From NCBI GenBank assembly GCA_964459225.1, contig CAYWKB010000001.1:354777-418776 (forward strand): DNA of 64,000 bases. The letters run 5' to 3'. The DNA is from an uncultured Candidatus Saccharibacteria bacterium. Its GTDB lineage: Bacteria; Patescibacteriota; Minisyncoccia; Phycocordibacterales; PALSA-1337. Under the pieces are notes generated by a model. It did no database searches. It was not told where the DNA came from and was given only the letters and a program-made list of their open reading frames with translations. Below, piece after piece: positions 18,324 through 28,671 of this stretch. The translations under genes and the position numbers were made by a program. Numbering within the stretch: position 1 is the stretch's first letter; each line of letters opens with the position of its first letter.

Positions 18324-19385
18324 ATGATTGTACCCAATAATAAAATACAATATAAAACAGATTACGATAATTACTCTGATTATAAGGCAATTATGATATC
18401 AACTGACAGAATGATATTTAATGAAAGAAGTGCTGTAAGAAAAAGAATGATTGAATACAGTAAATCATATAAAGAGCTACATATTATAATTTTTTCAAAA
18501 AAAACACTAAAAAATCCGTCAGAAATTAAGATTTCAGACAATTGCTATGTTTACTCCACAGATTCAATTACTAGATTTTCTTATATAAATAATGCATTTA
18601 AAATTGGTAAAAAAATACTTAAGAGCTTCGATATAAATGAAAAAGTACTAATTACTTGTCAGGATCCATTTGAAACTGGATTAGCGGGGCGTAAAATAGC
18701 CAGTTTAAGACAAAATACTCATTTATTATTGCAAATACATACAGATTTATTTAGTCCATATTTTACTAAACATTCAATATTAAATCGCATTAGACTTTCA
18801 ATAGCCAGAAATACTTTAAGAGATGCTCAAACTGTAAGGGTGGTTTCAAGAAAAATAGCTGACTCACTTGTTTTGAGGGGAATTCCTGCGGATGATATTG
18901 TGCTTAAACCTATTGAAATAGCTAATTATAGTAATGATTTGAATCCAAGTTTTAATTTAAGGGATAAGTATAAGGAATTTAAAAAAATAATTTTAATTGT
19001 AAGTAGATTAGAATCAGAAAAAAATATAGACATGGCGATTAGAGCATTTTCGATTGTAAATAAAACTTCAAAAGATACTGCACTTGTTATAGTCGGATCA
19101 GGTAGTAAAATGAATTCTTTGAAAAAGATGTCTAGGAAATTTGGCTTGGAAAATTGCGTAAAATTTGAAGGTTGGCAAAATGATACTTTTTCATATTATA
19201 AAGTAGCCGATATTGTACTTGTAACATCTTGGTATGAAGGATATGGAATGGTCCTTAAGGAAGCAGCACAATTAGGTAAAAAGATAATATCTACCGATGT
19301 TGGTATTGCACAAGATATAGGTGCAGAGATTGTGGATTGGAATGAAAAAGATATTTCAAGAGCATTACTAAATAATTTAAATTAA
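18324..19385 (+). CDS. Glycosyltransferase family 4
   Basis: LVTSWYEGYGMVLKEAAQLGKKIISTDVG. Confidence 0.7.
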   Translation: MIVPNNKIQYKTDYDNYSDYKAIMISTDRMIFNERSAVRKRMIEYSKSYKELHIIIFSKKTLKNPSEIKISDNCYVYSTDSITRFSYINNAFKIGKKILKSFDINEKVLITCQDPFETGLAGRKIASLRQNTHLLLQIHTDLFSPYFTKHSILNRIRLSIARNTLRDAQTVRVVSRKIADSLVLRGIPADDIVLKPIEIANYSNDLNPSFNLRDKYKEFKKIILIVSRLESEKNIDMAIRAFSIVNKTSKDTALVIVGSGSKMNSLKKMSRKFGLENCVKFEGWQNDTFSYYKVADIVLVTSWYEGYGMVLKEAAQLGKKIISTDVGIAQDIGAEIVDWNEKDISRALLNNLN

Positions 19386-20075
19386 ATGAATTCAGATATT
19401 ATTAAAAGATTTAATAAAGTCAAAGTCTCTAGAACCTTTCTTAATATATTAGAGATTTATAATTTTAGTAATAAAAAAGTATTAGATATTGGATGTGGTT
19501 ATGGTGAGTATTTGAAGCTTTTCGGTACAAATAGTCAAGGTATAACAACTACAGATGATGAGGTTCGATATGGTAGTGAAAATAATATAAATATAGTTAA
19601 AGGTAATATTGAGGAGATTAATAATATGATAGGTCTAGGTAAATTTGAAGCCATATGGGCAAATAATCTATTTGAACATCTATCATCACCACATGTTTTT
19701 TTAATAAACTTAAAATCAATATCAACGCCTGACACAAATTTGATACTGGGAGTACCTGTTGTACCTAAAATTGTAAATTTGATGAAAATATCTAAATTTA
19801 GAGGTGCACTTGCGTCAAATCATATAGGTTTTTATACAAAAGACACGTTAAAACTAACAGTTAAGTATGCGGGATGGAAAGTTATTGAGATAAGACCATT
19901 TATATTTAAGATAAAAATCCTAGATTACCTTGCATCATTTTTTGCTCCTCATTTATATATTGTTGCAAAAAATGATGCTTCATTCAGGTATCCTGAAAAG
20001 AAGCAGAAAGAATGGAGGGGTGAAAAAATGTACAGTAACTTATTTAAAATAACAGAAAATGAAACTATTAATTAA
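19386..20075 (+). CDS. Class I SAM-dependent methyltransferase
   Basis: Motif I VLDIGCGYGEY. 229 aa. Confidence 0.7.
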   Translation: MNSDIIKRFNKVKVSRTFLNILEIYNFSNKKVLDIGCGYGEYLKLFGTNSQGITTTDDEVRYGSENNINIVKGNIEEINNMIGLGKFEAIWANNLFEHLSSPHVFLINLKSISTPDTNLILGVPVVPKIVNLMKISKFRGALASNHIGFYTKDTLKLTVKYAGWKVIEIRPFIFKIKILDYLASFFAPHLYIVAKNDASFRYPEKKQKEWRGEKMYSNLFKITENETIN

Positions 20076-21531
20076 ATACATTATTTCAGGTGGTACTGCG
20101 GCTATTGTTGATTTATCGATTTTGCATTATTTGGATGTTAGAGGATTTCATCATATTGTAAGTGTAAATATAGCATTTTTAATTGCATTTATTGTTAGTT
20201 TTTCATTTCAAAAATACTGGACATTTTCGGATTCAAAAAGTTATGAAGTACATAAGCAATTAAGGGATTATTTTATAGTATCAGTTATAAATGTCTTTCT
20301 TAATAATTTGATTATACAGTTTATTATTAAAATAAATTTAGTATCTGAAATACCAATACTTAGGGAAATCGTATGGGCGCAAATTATATCGTCTGCAATT
20401 ATAGCCGTTGAGTCTTTTGTGATTTATAGATTTTTTATTTTCAAAAAATCAACTAACAATTTGAATAATGGTTCAAATAAAAAAGGTATTTTGATTATTA
20501 CACAAAAAGTTGATAAAGATGATTCAATATTAGGATTTTTCCATGATTGGATAATGGAATTCTCAAAACAATATAATAATGTCATAGTTATTTGTTTGCA
20601 AAAAGGAAATTATGATTTGCCTAAAAATGTCGAAATATTAAGTATGGAAAAGGATAAAAATCCTAATAAATTTAAGTATATTTATTTACTTAATAAATTT
20701 GCATTTGAAAATAGAAATAAATATGATTACGTATTTTGCCATATGTCACCACTCTATGTTATTTCTGGTTTTGTGATATGGAAGATATTGCATAAAAAAA
20801 TCTCAATGTGGTATGTTCATAGAAATGTTGATTTAAAACTTAAAATTGCTAACTTACTTTCTGATTATATTTTTTCTTCTACAAAAGAAGGCTACAGAAT
20901 AAATACTAAAAAAGTTAAATATCTTGGGCAAGCGATTTTGGTAAATAAATTTCCATATTTAAAACACAAAATCCTTGATAAAAATACTAATATCAATATA
21001 TTAACAGTGGGTAGAATCACAAAAATCAAAAATTTAGATTATCTCATTAATACAATTAAGATACTTAAAGATAAAAATTATAATGTAAATTTAAATATTA
21101 TTGGAGAAGCAAAAATATCAAGTGATATAGAGTATTATAATGAATTAAAAAATCAAATTTCAAAACTAGGTCTGAATAGCAATATTAATTTTATAGGTTC
21201 AGTTAAATATGATGAATTAGCACATTACTATAATATTAACGATATATTTGTTAATTTAGCGCCTAGTGGTGGTCAAGATAAGGCGGTACTTGAAGCTATG
21301 TCATCTGGTATTCCAACCTTTGTTGCTAATACTGGATTTAAGGACTTTTATGGTGAATTTGCCTCAGATATGATATTTGAGTTAAATAATGTTGTGAGTT
21401 TATCAGATAAAATTGTGCAATATATAGATCAAGATAATCAAATACAAATAACTGAAATTATAAATAAAAATATAATTCAAAAGGCAGATTTATCTATTTT
21501 GATAAGTAATATCAGTAATGAATTAAAATAG
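20059..21531 (+). CDS. GtrA-like 4-TM domain fused to a GT4 glycosyltransferase
   Basis: N-terminal ~130 aa has 4 TM segments with the GtrA pattern (GGTAAIVDL...FSFQKYWTF). The C-terminus is GT4 (GGQDKAVLEAMSSGIPTFV). Confidence 0.65.
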   Translation: MKLLIKYIISGGTAAIVDLSILHYLDVRGFHHIVSVNIAFLIAFIVSFSFQKYWTFSDSKSYEVHKQLRDYFIVSVINVFLNNLIIQFIIKINLVSEIPILREIVWAQIISSAIIAVESFVIYRFFIFKKSTNNLNNGSNKKGILIITQKVDKDDSILGFFHDWIMEFSKQYNNVIVICLQKGNYDLPKNVEILSMEKDKNPNKFKYIYLLNKFAFENRNKYDYVFCHMSPLYVISGFVIWKILHKKISMWYVHRNVDLKLKIANLLSDYIFSSTKEGYRINTKKVKYLGQAILVNKFPYLKHKILDKNTNINILTVGRITKIKNLDYLINTIKILKDKNYNVNLNIIGEAKISSDIEYYNELKNQISKLGLNSNINFIGSVKYDELAHYYNINDIFVNLAPSGGQDKAVLEAMSSGIPTFVANTGFKDFYGEFASDMIFELNNVVSLSDKIVQYIDQDNQIQITEIINKNIIQKADLSILISNISNELK

Positions 21532-21533
21532 GT

Positions 21534-22994
21534 ATGGATTACAAAAACAGTCATTTAAAATATTTATTATTAGTACCAGTAGTTATTTTATTGTTTTATA
21601 CATTTACTAATTTAACCGAAAGTCCTGCTACTTGGATGGATGAGGGTATTATTGTACAGACGGCAAGGAATTATTCTGTATCAGGTTTTTCTGGTTTAAG
21701 GGTCGATCCAGAAAATGTGGTTTCTGCTGGCTATGTTACAACAAGTTATCCAGTAACGATGCCAATTGCTACGGTTTTTAATATATTTGGAATATCTCTT
21801 TTTAATGCGAGAATGGTTATGGCTATTTTTATTCTGATTCTTGTATTTTTTGTTTATAAAAATAATAAAAAATATTTAGAAAATGATTACTATTTACTAG
21901 CATTATCACTAATATTATTGGTGTCATTTCCACCATTATATGGGCATGGCAAAAACGTTTTAGGTGAAGTTCCTGGCATGGCTCTACTGTTTATCTCAGT
22001 TTATCTTTTTGATAAACTTATTTCTAATCACGATGACAAGGATATTTCAAAATATAAACAATATTCACTATTATTCCTATCCTCATTATTTTTTGGATTA
22101 GTTTTTGTGACAAAGCCTATTTTTATTATTTTGATTCCCGCTATCTTTATTACATTTTTTATTAAAAATAGATCAAACTTATTAAGTTTATTTGATAGGA
22201 AAAATGTTTCGCTTTATGTCATGTCTTTGATTGCTTTTTTTATACCTGTGCTTTTTTGGATAAAATTTCAATTTCATGGGGAGGGACTTGCCTATATGCT
22301 ATCTATATATGTTAATCCACAAAGTAATAGTTTAGAAAGCAACATAATCATTAATATTAAAAGATTTTTTACTGAATCACAGCCAATATACACATTATTG
22401 TTAATGGTAATTTGGACAATAGCAATTATTAAAAATAAATTCAATAAAATTAAAATAGGTAGTACTCAATTATTTTTATATATATTTTCACTACTGATAC
22501 TTGTTGCATATATAAGGACAACTGGATATTACAGATACTTTTTTATTGCAGAATTCATCGCTTTAACTTTCTTTATTTCAAATCTCAAATGCCTATTTAA
22601 AAATAAGATAATTATTTATTTTATTGCGATACCACTTATCTTGTATCAAATTTATAATTTAAATTATTCGAGTTGGGTTTCAAAATCAATTGATAATTCA
22701 CAGAGTGAAGATTTACAATTATTACTTTCAAATATATCAGATAAAAATGAGATCTTTGTGTACCAAGCGCCAGAAATAGTGACATTTATTAAAGGTGAAA
22801 ACTATTCTCAATATTTGCAAATCACATCAAGTATCCAGGTTGGTAGCACAAGTTTAACTAGGCTGGCCGAAAAAAAGCCTGAACTAATAGTCACAAACAG
22901 TATGTATAATGATGTTGTGTACAAAATCGTCGGTGATGCATATGAGGGCTATGCAAGTATAGGAAAATATAGTTTTATAAGAAAAAAGCATTGA
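21534..22994 (+). CDS. GT-C fold polytopic membrane glycosyltransferase (ArnT/PMT_2-like, polyprenyl-phosphate-sugar dependent)
   Basis: ~11 predicted TM helices. The first extracytoplasmic loop carries WMDEGIIVQTARNY, a DE/Y motif characteristic of the ArnT/PMT_2 family. Confidence 0.55.
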   Translation: MDYKNSHLKYLLLVPVVILLFYTFTNLTESPATWMDEGIIVQTARNYSVSGFSGLRVDPENVVSAGYVTTSYPVTMPIATVFNIFGISLFNARMVMAIFILILVFFVYKNNKKYLENDYYLLALSLILLVSFPPLYGHGKNVLGEVPGMALLFISVYLFDKLISNHDDKDISKYKQYSLLFLSSLFFGLVFVTKPIFIILIPAIFITFFIKNRSNLLSLFDRKNVSLYVMSLIAFFIPVLFWIKFQFHGEGLAYMLSIYVNPQSNSLESNIIINIKRFFTESQPIYTLLLMVIWTIAIIKNKFNKIKIGSTQLFLYIFSLLILVAYIRTTGYYRYFFIAEFIALTFFISNLKCLFKNKIIIYFIAIPLILYQIYNLNYSSWVSKSIDNSQSEDLQLLLSNISDKNEIFVYQAPEIVTFIKGENYSQYLQITSSIQVGSTSLTRLAEKKPELIVTNSMYNDVVYKIVGDAYEGYASIGKYSFIRKKH

Positions 22995-23017
22995 TTTTCT
23001 GGTATTTCTGTTAGAAT

Positions 23018-24610
23018 GTGTGTATACATAAAGATATGAAAACGGTTGTAGTGATACCAACATATAATGAAAGAGATACTGTAGAATCAATAATTCATAG
23101 AGTATTTGAAACTGTGCCTAATATAAATGTTTTAATCGTAGACGATAATTCTCCCGATAAGACATCAGAAGTGGTGGAGGCATTAATGAACAAATTTCCA
23201 AATTTATCTATTTTGAAGCGTAAAGGTAAAGAGGGTTTAGGTAAAGCGTATGTACATGCTTTTAAAGTTATATTATCTGACCATAACATCGAGAGGATAA
23301 TAACAATGGATGCAGATCAAAGTCATGATCCAAGTTATATTCCATCAATGCTTAAGTTATCAAAAGATTACGATTTGGTTATCGGATCTAGATATGTTAA
23401 AGGTGGTGATATAGTTGGTTGGGAAAAAAGTAGGAAATTTTTGAGTTATTTTGGAAATTTATATTCAAGATTAATTACGAGAATCAAGGTTAAAGATTTA
23501 ACTGCTGGATACAATGTCATATCTACTGATTTTTTAAGATTAATTAATTTGGATAATATCGGTAGTGCAGGGTATTCATTTACAATTGAATTTAAAAATT
23601 GTTTTTCTAGAAGCGGTGCTAGAATATATGAATTTCCAATAATTTTTAGAAATAGAGTTGTTGGAGAGTCAAAGATATCTAAAAAAATAATATATGAAGG
23701 ATTACTGATACCTTGGAGATTAATCTCTAAGGGAATATATGTAAATCTAACATGTATAGCCTGTGACAATAGTAAACATATCTTTTTTTCAAGAAAGAAT
23801 AGTTTTACTCTATATAAATGTGTTGAGTGTAGTAAAATTGTGATAAACCCAATCCCTAAAAGTTTTGATAACGTATATAATCAAGAATATTTTTCTGGTG
23901 CAAAAAACGGTTTTGGTTATGTAAATTATGATAAAGATAAAGAGGCTATGAAAAACGTTTTTCATAAATATCTAGATAAAATAGAGCAATACATAATCAA
24001 TAATAAAAATAAAAAAATACTAGATATAGGTGCTGCTACTGGATTTTTCATGAAAATAGCAATTAGCAAAGGCTTTAAAATTAAAGGCATTGAGTATTCA
24101 AAGGATGCTGCTGAATCAGGTAAAAAGAACGGACTAAATATTAGTGTTGGCACAATCGAAGATTATGATAGTAAAAAAGAAAAATTTGATGTTGTAACTA
24201 TGTTTGATGTTATTGAACATATTCCTAATCCAAAATTTAGTATTAAGGCAGTTTCAAATTTACTTGTTAAAAATGGACTATTACTTATTAATACTCCAGA
24301 CTCAGGAAGCTTTTTTGCTAAGCTTATGGGAAGCAAATGGCATTTGATTGTACCACCTGAACATATACATTATTTTAATAAAAAATCTCTCATCACATTG
24401 CTTGAATCAAACGGTTTTGAAATTGTAGAATACACAAAGATAGGTAAAAAATTTACTCTGGAATACGTCTCATCAATGCTCGCAAGATGGACTAATGTTG
24501 CTGTGTTTGATAGTACAACTAATATGTTGAAAAAAAGCTTTATTGGACAACTATCAATTCCCATAAATTTGAGAGATAATATGTTTGTCATGGCAAGAAA
24601 AATAAAATGA
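23018..24610 (+). CDS. Polyprenyl-phosphate sugar synthase (Dpm1/GtrB-like GT2) fused to a Cys4 zinc ribbon and a class I SAM methyltransferase
   Basis: N-terminus VVVIPTYNERDTVESII...LIVDDNSPDKT...GKEGLGKAYVHAF is Dpm1/GtrB-like. Residues ~250-285 are CIACDN...CVECS. The C-terminus has MT motif I ILDIGAATGFF and FDVVTMFDVIEHI. The start may be the Met at 23036. Confidence 0.75.
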   Translation: MCIHKDMKTVVVIPTYNERDTVESIIHRVFETVPNINVLIVDDNSPDKTSEVVEALMNKFPNLSILKRKGKEGLGKAYVHAFKVILSDHNIERIITMDADQSHDPSYIPSMLKLSKDYDLVIGSRYVKGGDIVGWEKSRKFLSYFGNLYSRLITRIKVKDLTAGYNVISTDFLRLINLDNIGSAGYSFTIEFKNCFSRSGARIYEFPIIFRNRVVGESKISKKIIYEGLLIPWRLISKGIYVNLTCIACDNSKHIFFSRKNSFTLYKCVECSKIVINPIPKSFDNVYNQEYFSGAKNGFGYVNYDKDKEAMKNVFHKYLDKIEQYIINNKNKKILDIGAATGFFMKIAISKGFKIKGIEYSKDAAESGKKNGLNISVGTIEDYDSKKEKFDVVTMFDVIEHIPNPKFSIKAVSNLLVKNGLLLINTPDSGSFFAKLMGSKWHLIVPPEHIHYFNKKSLITLLESNGFEIVEYTKIGKKFTLEYVSSMLARWTNVAVFDSTTNMLKKSFIGQLSIPINLRDNMFVMARKIK

Positions 24611-25749
24611 AAATAATATTTTTTTCAGCAGATTATATTCCTACTGGTGGTGGTATTGCCACATACGTTCATGAGCTTGTTCATAATACCTATAGCCACC
24701 CTTTGGTTACCGATACCAAATTAATTGTCTTTGGTAATAAAAATCCAAGGAAAGAACAATTTGAAAATGGTCTTGGTAAATTATATATAAAGACATATTC
24801 AAGTATTAATTTTTTATATACTGGTATTATGGTTTTTTTCTATTTTATTAATAATTTTAAATATGATATTTTTCATTCACTTAATTTATTTCCATTAGGA
24901 TTTTGGACAGTTTTTTGGGGTAAGATTTTCAATAAAAAAACTATTATAACTTTTTACGGAACTGATGCATGTGATACAAAGGCAAGTACAAAAACATTAT
25001 TTTTGAAAAAATGGTCAATAGTTAATTCTTCATTACCTTTGACGATTAGTGACTTTACTAAAACTCAGGTTGAAAAAAGGTATAATTTAAATCCTAATTT
25101 AATTAAATTCATTCATCCAATTGTTCCTGAAATAATGCTTAAAAATAATAAAGATAATTTTGATATAGATAAAATAAAGAGCGAAAATAATATTGAAAAA
25201 GATGATTTTGTAATACTAACCGTTTCAAGACTGGTTAAAAGGAAAGGTACAGATGATTTAATAAAGGCTATAGGCATCTTGAATGACAATAATATAAAAC
25301 TATTAATAATAGGTGATGGAAAGGAAAGGGAAAACTTAGAGAAGTTGATAATAGATAACAACCTCAGCAAAAACGTTAGATTATTAGGCAAGGTTAAGGA
25401 CATAACACCCTATTATCATTTAGCCGATGTATTTGCGCTTACTTCATATATTATCGAAAATGATGGTGATTTTGAGGGTTTTGGACTTGTTATGACCGAG
25501 GCCCAGTCATACGGCTTACCGGTAATAGGTACAAAAAGTGGTGGTATACCTGAGACATTCAATCATATGCAGACTGGAATATTGTTACCTGAAAGGGATA
25601 TTAAAGCCATTGCAAATGCAATTAAACAAATAAAAGATGATGATGTATTACAAAAGACAATGTCAGATAATACCAAAGATTTTTTGATTAATAATTTTGG
25701 CTATAAAAATTCAATTAATAAATATATAGAGCTTTGTAAGTCTCTATGA
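24607..25749 (+). CDS. Glycosyltransferase family 4
   Basis: EGFGLVMTEAQSYGLPVIGTKSGGIPE. Confidence 0.8.
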   Translation: MKIIFFSADYIPTGGGIATYVHELVHNTYSHPLVTDTKLIVFGNKNPRKEQFENGLGKLYIKTYSSINFLYTGIMVFFYFINNFKYDIFHSLNLFPLGFWTVFWGKIFNKKTIITFYGTDACDTKASTKTLFLKKWSIVNSSLPLTISDFTKTQVEKRYNLNPNLIKFIHPIVPEIMLKNNKDNFDIDKIKSENNIEKDDFVILTVSRLVKRKGTDDLIKAIGILNDNNIKLLIIGDGKERENLEKLIIDNNLSKNVRLLGKVKDITPYYHLADVFALTSYIIENDGDFEGFGLVMTEAQSYGLPVIGTKSGGIPETFNHMQTGILLPERDIKAIANAIKQIKDDDVLQKTMSDNTKDFLINNFGYKNSINKYIELCKSL

Positions 25750-25763
25750 TATAGTAAATAAAT

Positions 25764-26750
25764 ATGAAAGTCTCTGTAATATTACCAAATGGTAAAAGTG
25801 ATTATCTGGCAAATACAGTATTGGACGGTTTGCTTGAACTGTCGACAATTGATAAGGATTTGGTTTTTAAGATCACTACAAATTACCCTAATCCTTTTAA
25901 TATTAAAGAATATGAGTTGAGTAATTCTGAATTTACGGATTTTGCGAATGATGCAGATCTTATTATTTTATGTTGGGGGAAAAATAGTACTAATTATGAT
26001 TTAGCAAATAATATAAATAAATGGAATAAAACTATTTTTATTGATGGTTCCGAATTAGGTAAAAATAATAGATTTGATAAAAAGATAATACAAGAAGTTT
26101 TAGATGGTACATATAAGGGTATTGGTGCTATAGATCAGGATATGTTAATTAAATGTAAGGCATATTATAGAAGAGAAAAGCCGTATATAAATGGCATTAT
26201 TCCTTTTCCATTTGGTATTGAAAATAGATATAGGAAATTTTATAAAAAGGACATAAAAAGAGATATTGATTTTACTTGTATATTTGGACAAGATGAATAT
26301 CCGATTATGAGAAGGCAAGTAAAAGAATATTTAGAAAAGTTTTGTAAGAAAAATAATTTGATTTGTAAGACAAAAAGAACAAGTGATTTTAATTTTGATG
26401 ATAATACTAAGATTGCTGGCAGAGATGAGTTTTATGAAATATTATCAAGAACTAAAGTCGGTATATCTATAGGAGGTGGTGGTTTTGATACGGCTAGATT
26501 TTGGGAGATATTGGGTAGTGGCGCTATACTCATGACTGAAAAAATAGATATAGATAATACTAATTTAAAATATAAAAGAATAAAAGAATTTAGTGATTTT
26601 GAAGATTTTAAGATAAAATTAGACCAAATGGCCAATTATTTAAAGAATGAATACAATAATGATATTGAAATATTGGATGATGAGTATATTGATGTGATTT
26701 CTAAGCATTCTACTATTGCGAGAATAAAAGATATCTTAAATCATAAATAA
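25764..26750 (+). CDS. Hypothetical protein, possible GT-B-type glycosyltransferase
   Basis: The only support is a weak C-terminal GGGGFDTARFWEILGSGAI motif that resembles the GT1/GT4 sugar-donor loop. Confidence 0.3.
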   Translation: MKVSVILPNGKSDYLANTVLDGLLELSTIDKDLVFKITTNYPNPFNIKEYELSNSEFTDFANDADLIILCWGKNSTNYDLANNINKWNKTIFIDGSELGKNNRFDKKIIQEVLDGTYKGIGAIDQDMLIKCKAYYRREKPYINGIIPFPFGIENRYRKFYKKDIKRDIDFTCIFGQDEYPIMRRQVKEYLEKFCKKNNLICKTKRTSDFNFDDNTKIAGRDEFYEILSRTKVGISIGGGGFDTARFWEILGSGAILMTEKIDIDNTNLKYKRIKEFSDFEDFKIKLDQMANYLKNEYNNDIEILDDEYIDVISKHSTIARIKDILNHK

Positions 26751-27655
26751 TGAATAATACTAAATGTATAATATGTAATGCAATAACCAATCCTTTTATG
26801 ATAAAGGATAACTACAGTCTGTTTAAGTGCAGTGAATGTGCTTTGGTATTTATGAATCCATTACCAGAGCAAAAGTTTTTAAATAATGAAGTTTATTCTT
26901 TTGAGTCTGGTTATCAATCAAATAAAAACTCAGATTTATCTAAAGTTGTTCCATCAAAAAAGACAATAGATATAGTTAACTTTTTAATTAAAGAAAATAG
27001 ATATAAAAATATTTTAGATATTGGTTGTTCAAGTGGGGAGTTTATACACTATGCAAAATCAAAGGGTTTTAATGTTGCTGGGGTAGAATTAAACAAAAGG
27101 ACAGCCCAAATTGCTCAAAATAATGGTCTAAGAGTGTTTAATGGCCTATTATCTGATGCGAAATATCAGAATGGTGAATTCGATGTGATATTTTTGGGTG
27201 ATGTAATAGAACATGTTTTATCACCAAGTGATTTAATCAATGAATGCAAAAGAGTTTTAAGTAGTAACGGTATTATAATAGTTTCAACCCCTAATCTTGA
27301 TTGCTTGTGGTCAAATATAACTTTACTATTTTACAGATATTTTAAAATACCTTGGTCATCTGTTACACCCCCGTACCATACGTTTCAGTTTTCAATAAAT
27401 AATATTGATTTATTTTTTAATAATCTCGGTTTTAACAAAATATCTGAATGGTTTTATAAACCACCTAGACTTATGTACGAATTAGGTTCATTGCATTTAT
27501 TAAAAAAATATAAAAAGTCTAAAAATATACTTGATTTATTATTTATGATTTTTTCTTTTGCTTTATATTCTGTAACATACTATATCTGTTATTTATTAAA
27601 TATTTTTCTAAAAAAGGATTTTTCACATTTAGTGATCTATAAAAAAAATGATTAA
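26750..27655 (+). CDS. Zinc-ribbon + class I SAM methyltransferase (paralog of the MT domain at 23018..24610), C-terminal TM segment
   Basis: CIICNA...FKCSECAL Cys4 ribbon, then ILDIGCSSGEF and FLGDVIEHV. The same architecture as the C-terminal half of the preceding fusion. Confidence 0.7.
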   Translation: MNNTKCIICNAITNPFMIKDNYSLFKCSECALVFMNPLPEQKFLNNEVYSFESGYQSNKNSDLSKVVPSKKTIDIVNFLIKENRYKNILDIGCSSGEFIHYAKSKGFNVAGVELNKRTAQIAQNNGLRVFNGLLSDAKYQNGEFDVIFLGDVIEHVLSPSDLINECKRVLSSNGIIIVSTPNLDCLWSNITLLFYRYFKIPWSSVTPPYHTFQFSINNIDLFFNNLGFNKISEWFYKPPRLMYELGSLHLLKKYKKSKNILDLLFMIFSFALYSVTYYICYLLNIFLKKDFSHLVIYKKND

Positions 27656-28667
27656 AGTATATCTATCTCCAAAAATAGAAGGATTAAAATATATTGATTT
27701 AATTAATCCTAATTTAAATATTAAAAATAATAAAACTTTTTTCGATGATTTTAATGTATTCAATGATTTGAGTGAAAATGTAGTAGAAATAGTTTCTGAT
27801 ATAGATCAAGCTCAATATATTATGATTCCATACAATATATTGCATATAGATAATTTAAATAATTATCTTAATTCAATTAGAGATATTTCAAAATCAAAAA
27901 AGATTATTGCATTTATTATAGGTGATTCTGATATCGATATTAAAATTGATAATTCAATAATATTTAGAATGTCTTGTTATGGTATAAAAATAAGAGAAAA
28001 TGAAATTATTATTCCTGCATATGCAAATGATTTATCAAAATATGATGCAATTAAGTTTCGAGTTAAAAATGAGATGCCAGTTATAAGCTTTTGTGGCTGG
28101 GCAGGTGTACAGGGATTTTATTCAAAAATAAAATATTTCATTAAAAATTATTTAATATTAAAAGGTCCGTACAAGCAGGGAATTTATTTTAGAAGGAAAG
28201 CAATAAAAATATTAAATAAATCAAAATTAGTTAAGACAAATTTTATAATCAGGGATTCATACAGCGCAAATGCTAAAACAATTAAAATAGATCCAAAGAT
28301 TGCAAGGAAAGAATATATTGATAATATTGTTAATTCTGATTTTGTACTTTGCCCTAAAGGTGACGGAAACTTTTCTGTTAGATTTTATGAAGTATTAAGC
28401 CTCGGTAGAATACCGATACTCATAGATACTGATATGATATTGCCTTTAAATAAGGATATTGATTATAGTAAATTTATTTTAAGAATTAATTATAAAGATA
28501 TTCATAATATTGATAAAATAGTCTCTGATTTCTATAATAAAATCACTGAAGATGAATGGATTAAAATGCAATCGATTGCAAGACAGGAATTCGTAAATCA
28601 TCTAAATATTGTATCTTTTTTTAAATTTATTTTGACTAAGGAAAACATTGAAAAATATATAAAATAA
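27648..28667 (+). CDS. Exostosin-like (GT47-like) glycosyltransferase
   Basis: C-terminal FVLCPKGDGNFSVRFYEVLSLGRIPILIDTDMILPL matches the exostosin motif F.LCP.GD..S.R..DA...GCIPVI. Confidence 0.55.
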   Translation: MIKVYLSPKIEGLKYIDLINPNLNIKNNKTFFDDFNVFNDLSENVVEIVSDIDQAQYIMIPYNILHIDNLNNYLNSIRDISKSKKIIAFIIGDSDIDIKIDNSIIFRMSCYGIKIRENEIIIPAYANDLSKYDAIKFRVKNEMPVISFCGWAGVQGFYSKIKYFIKNYLILKGPYKQGIYFRRKAIKILNKSKLVKTNFIIRDSYSANAKTIKIDPKIARKEYIDNIVNSDFVLCPKGDGNFSVRFYEVLSLGRIPILIDTDMILPLNKDIDYSKFILRINYKDIHNIDKIVSDFYNKITEDEWIKMQSIARQEFVNHLNIVSFFKFILTKENIEKYIK

Positions 28668-28671
28668 AAAA

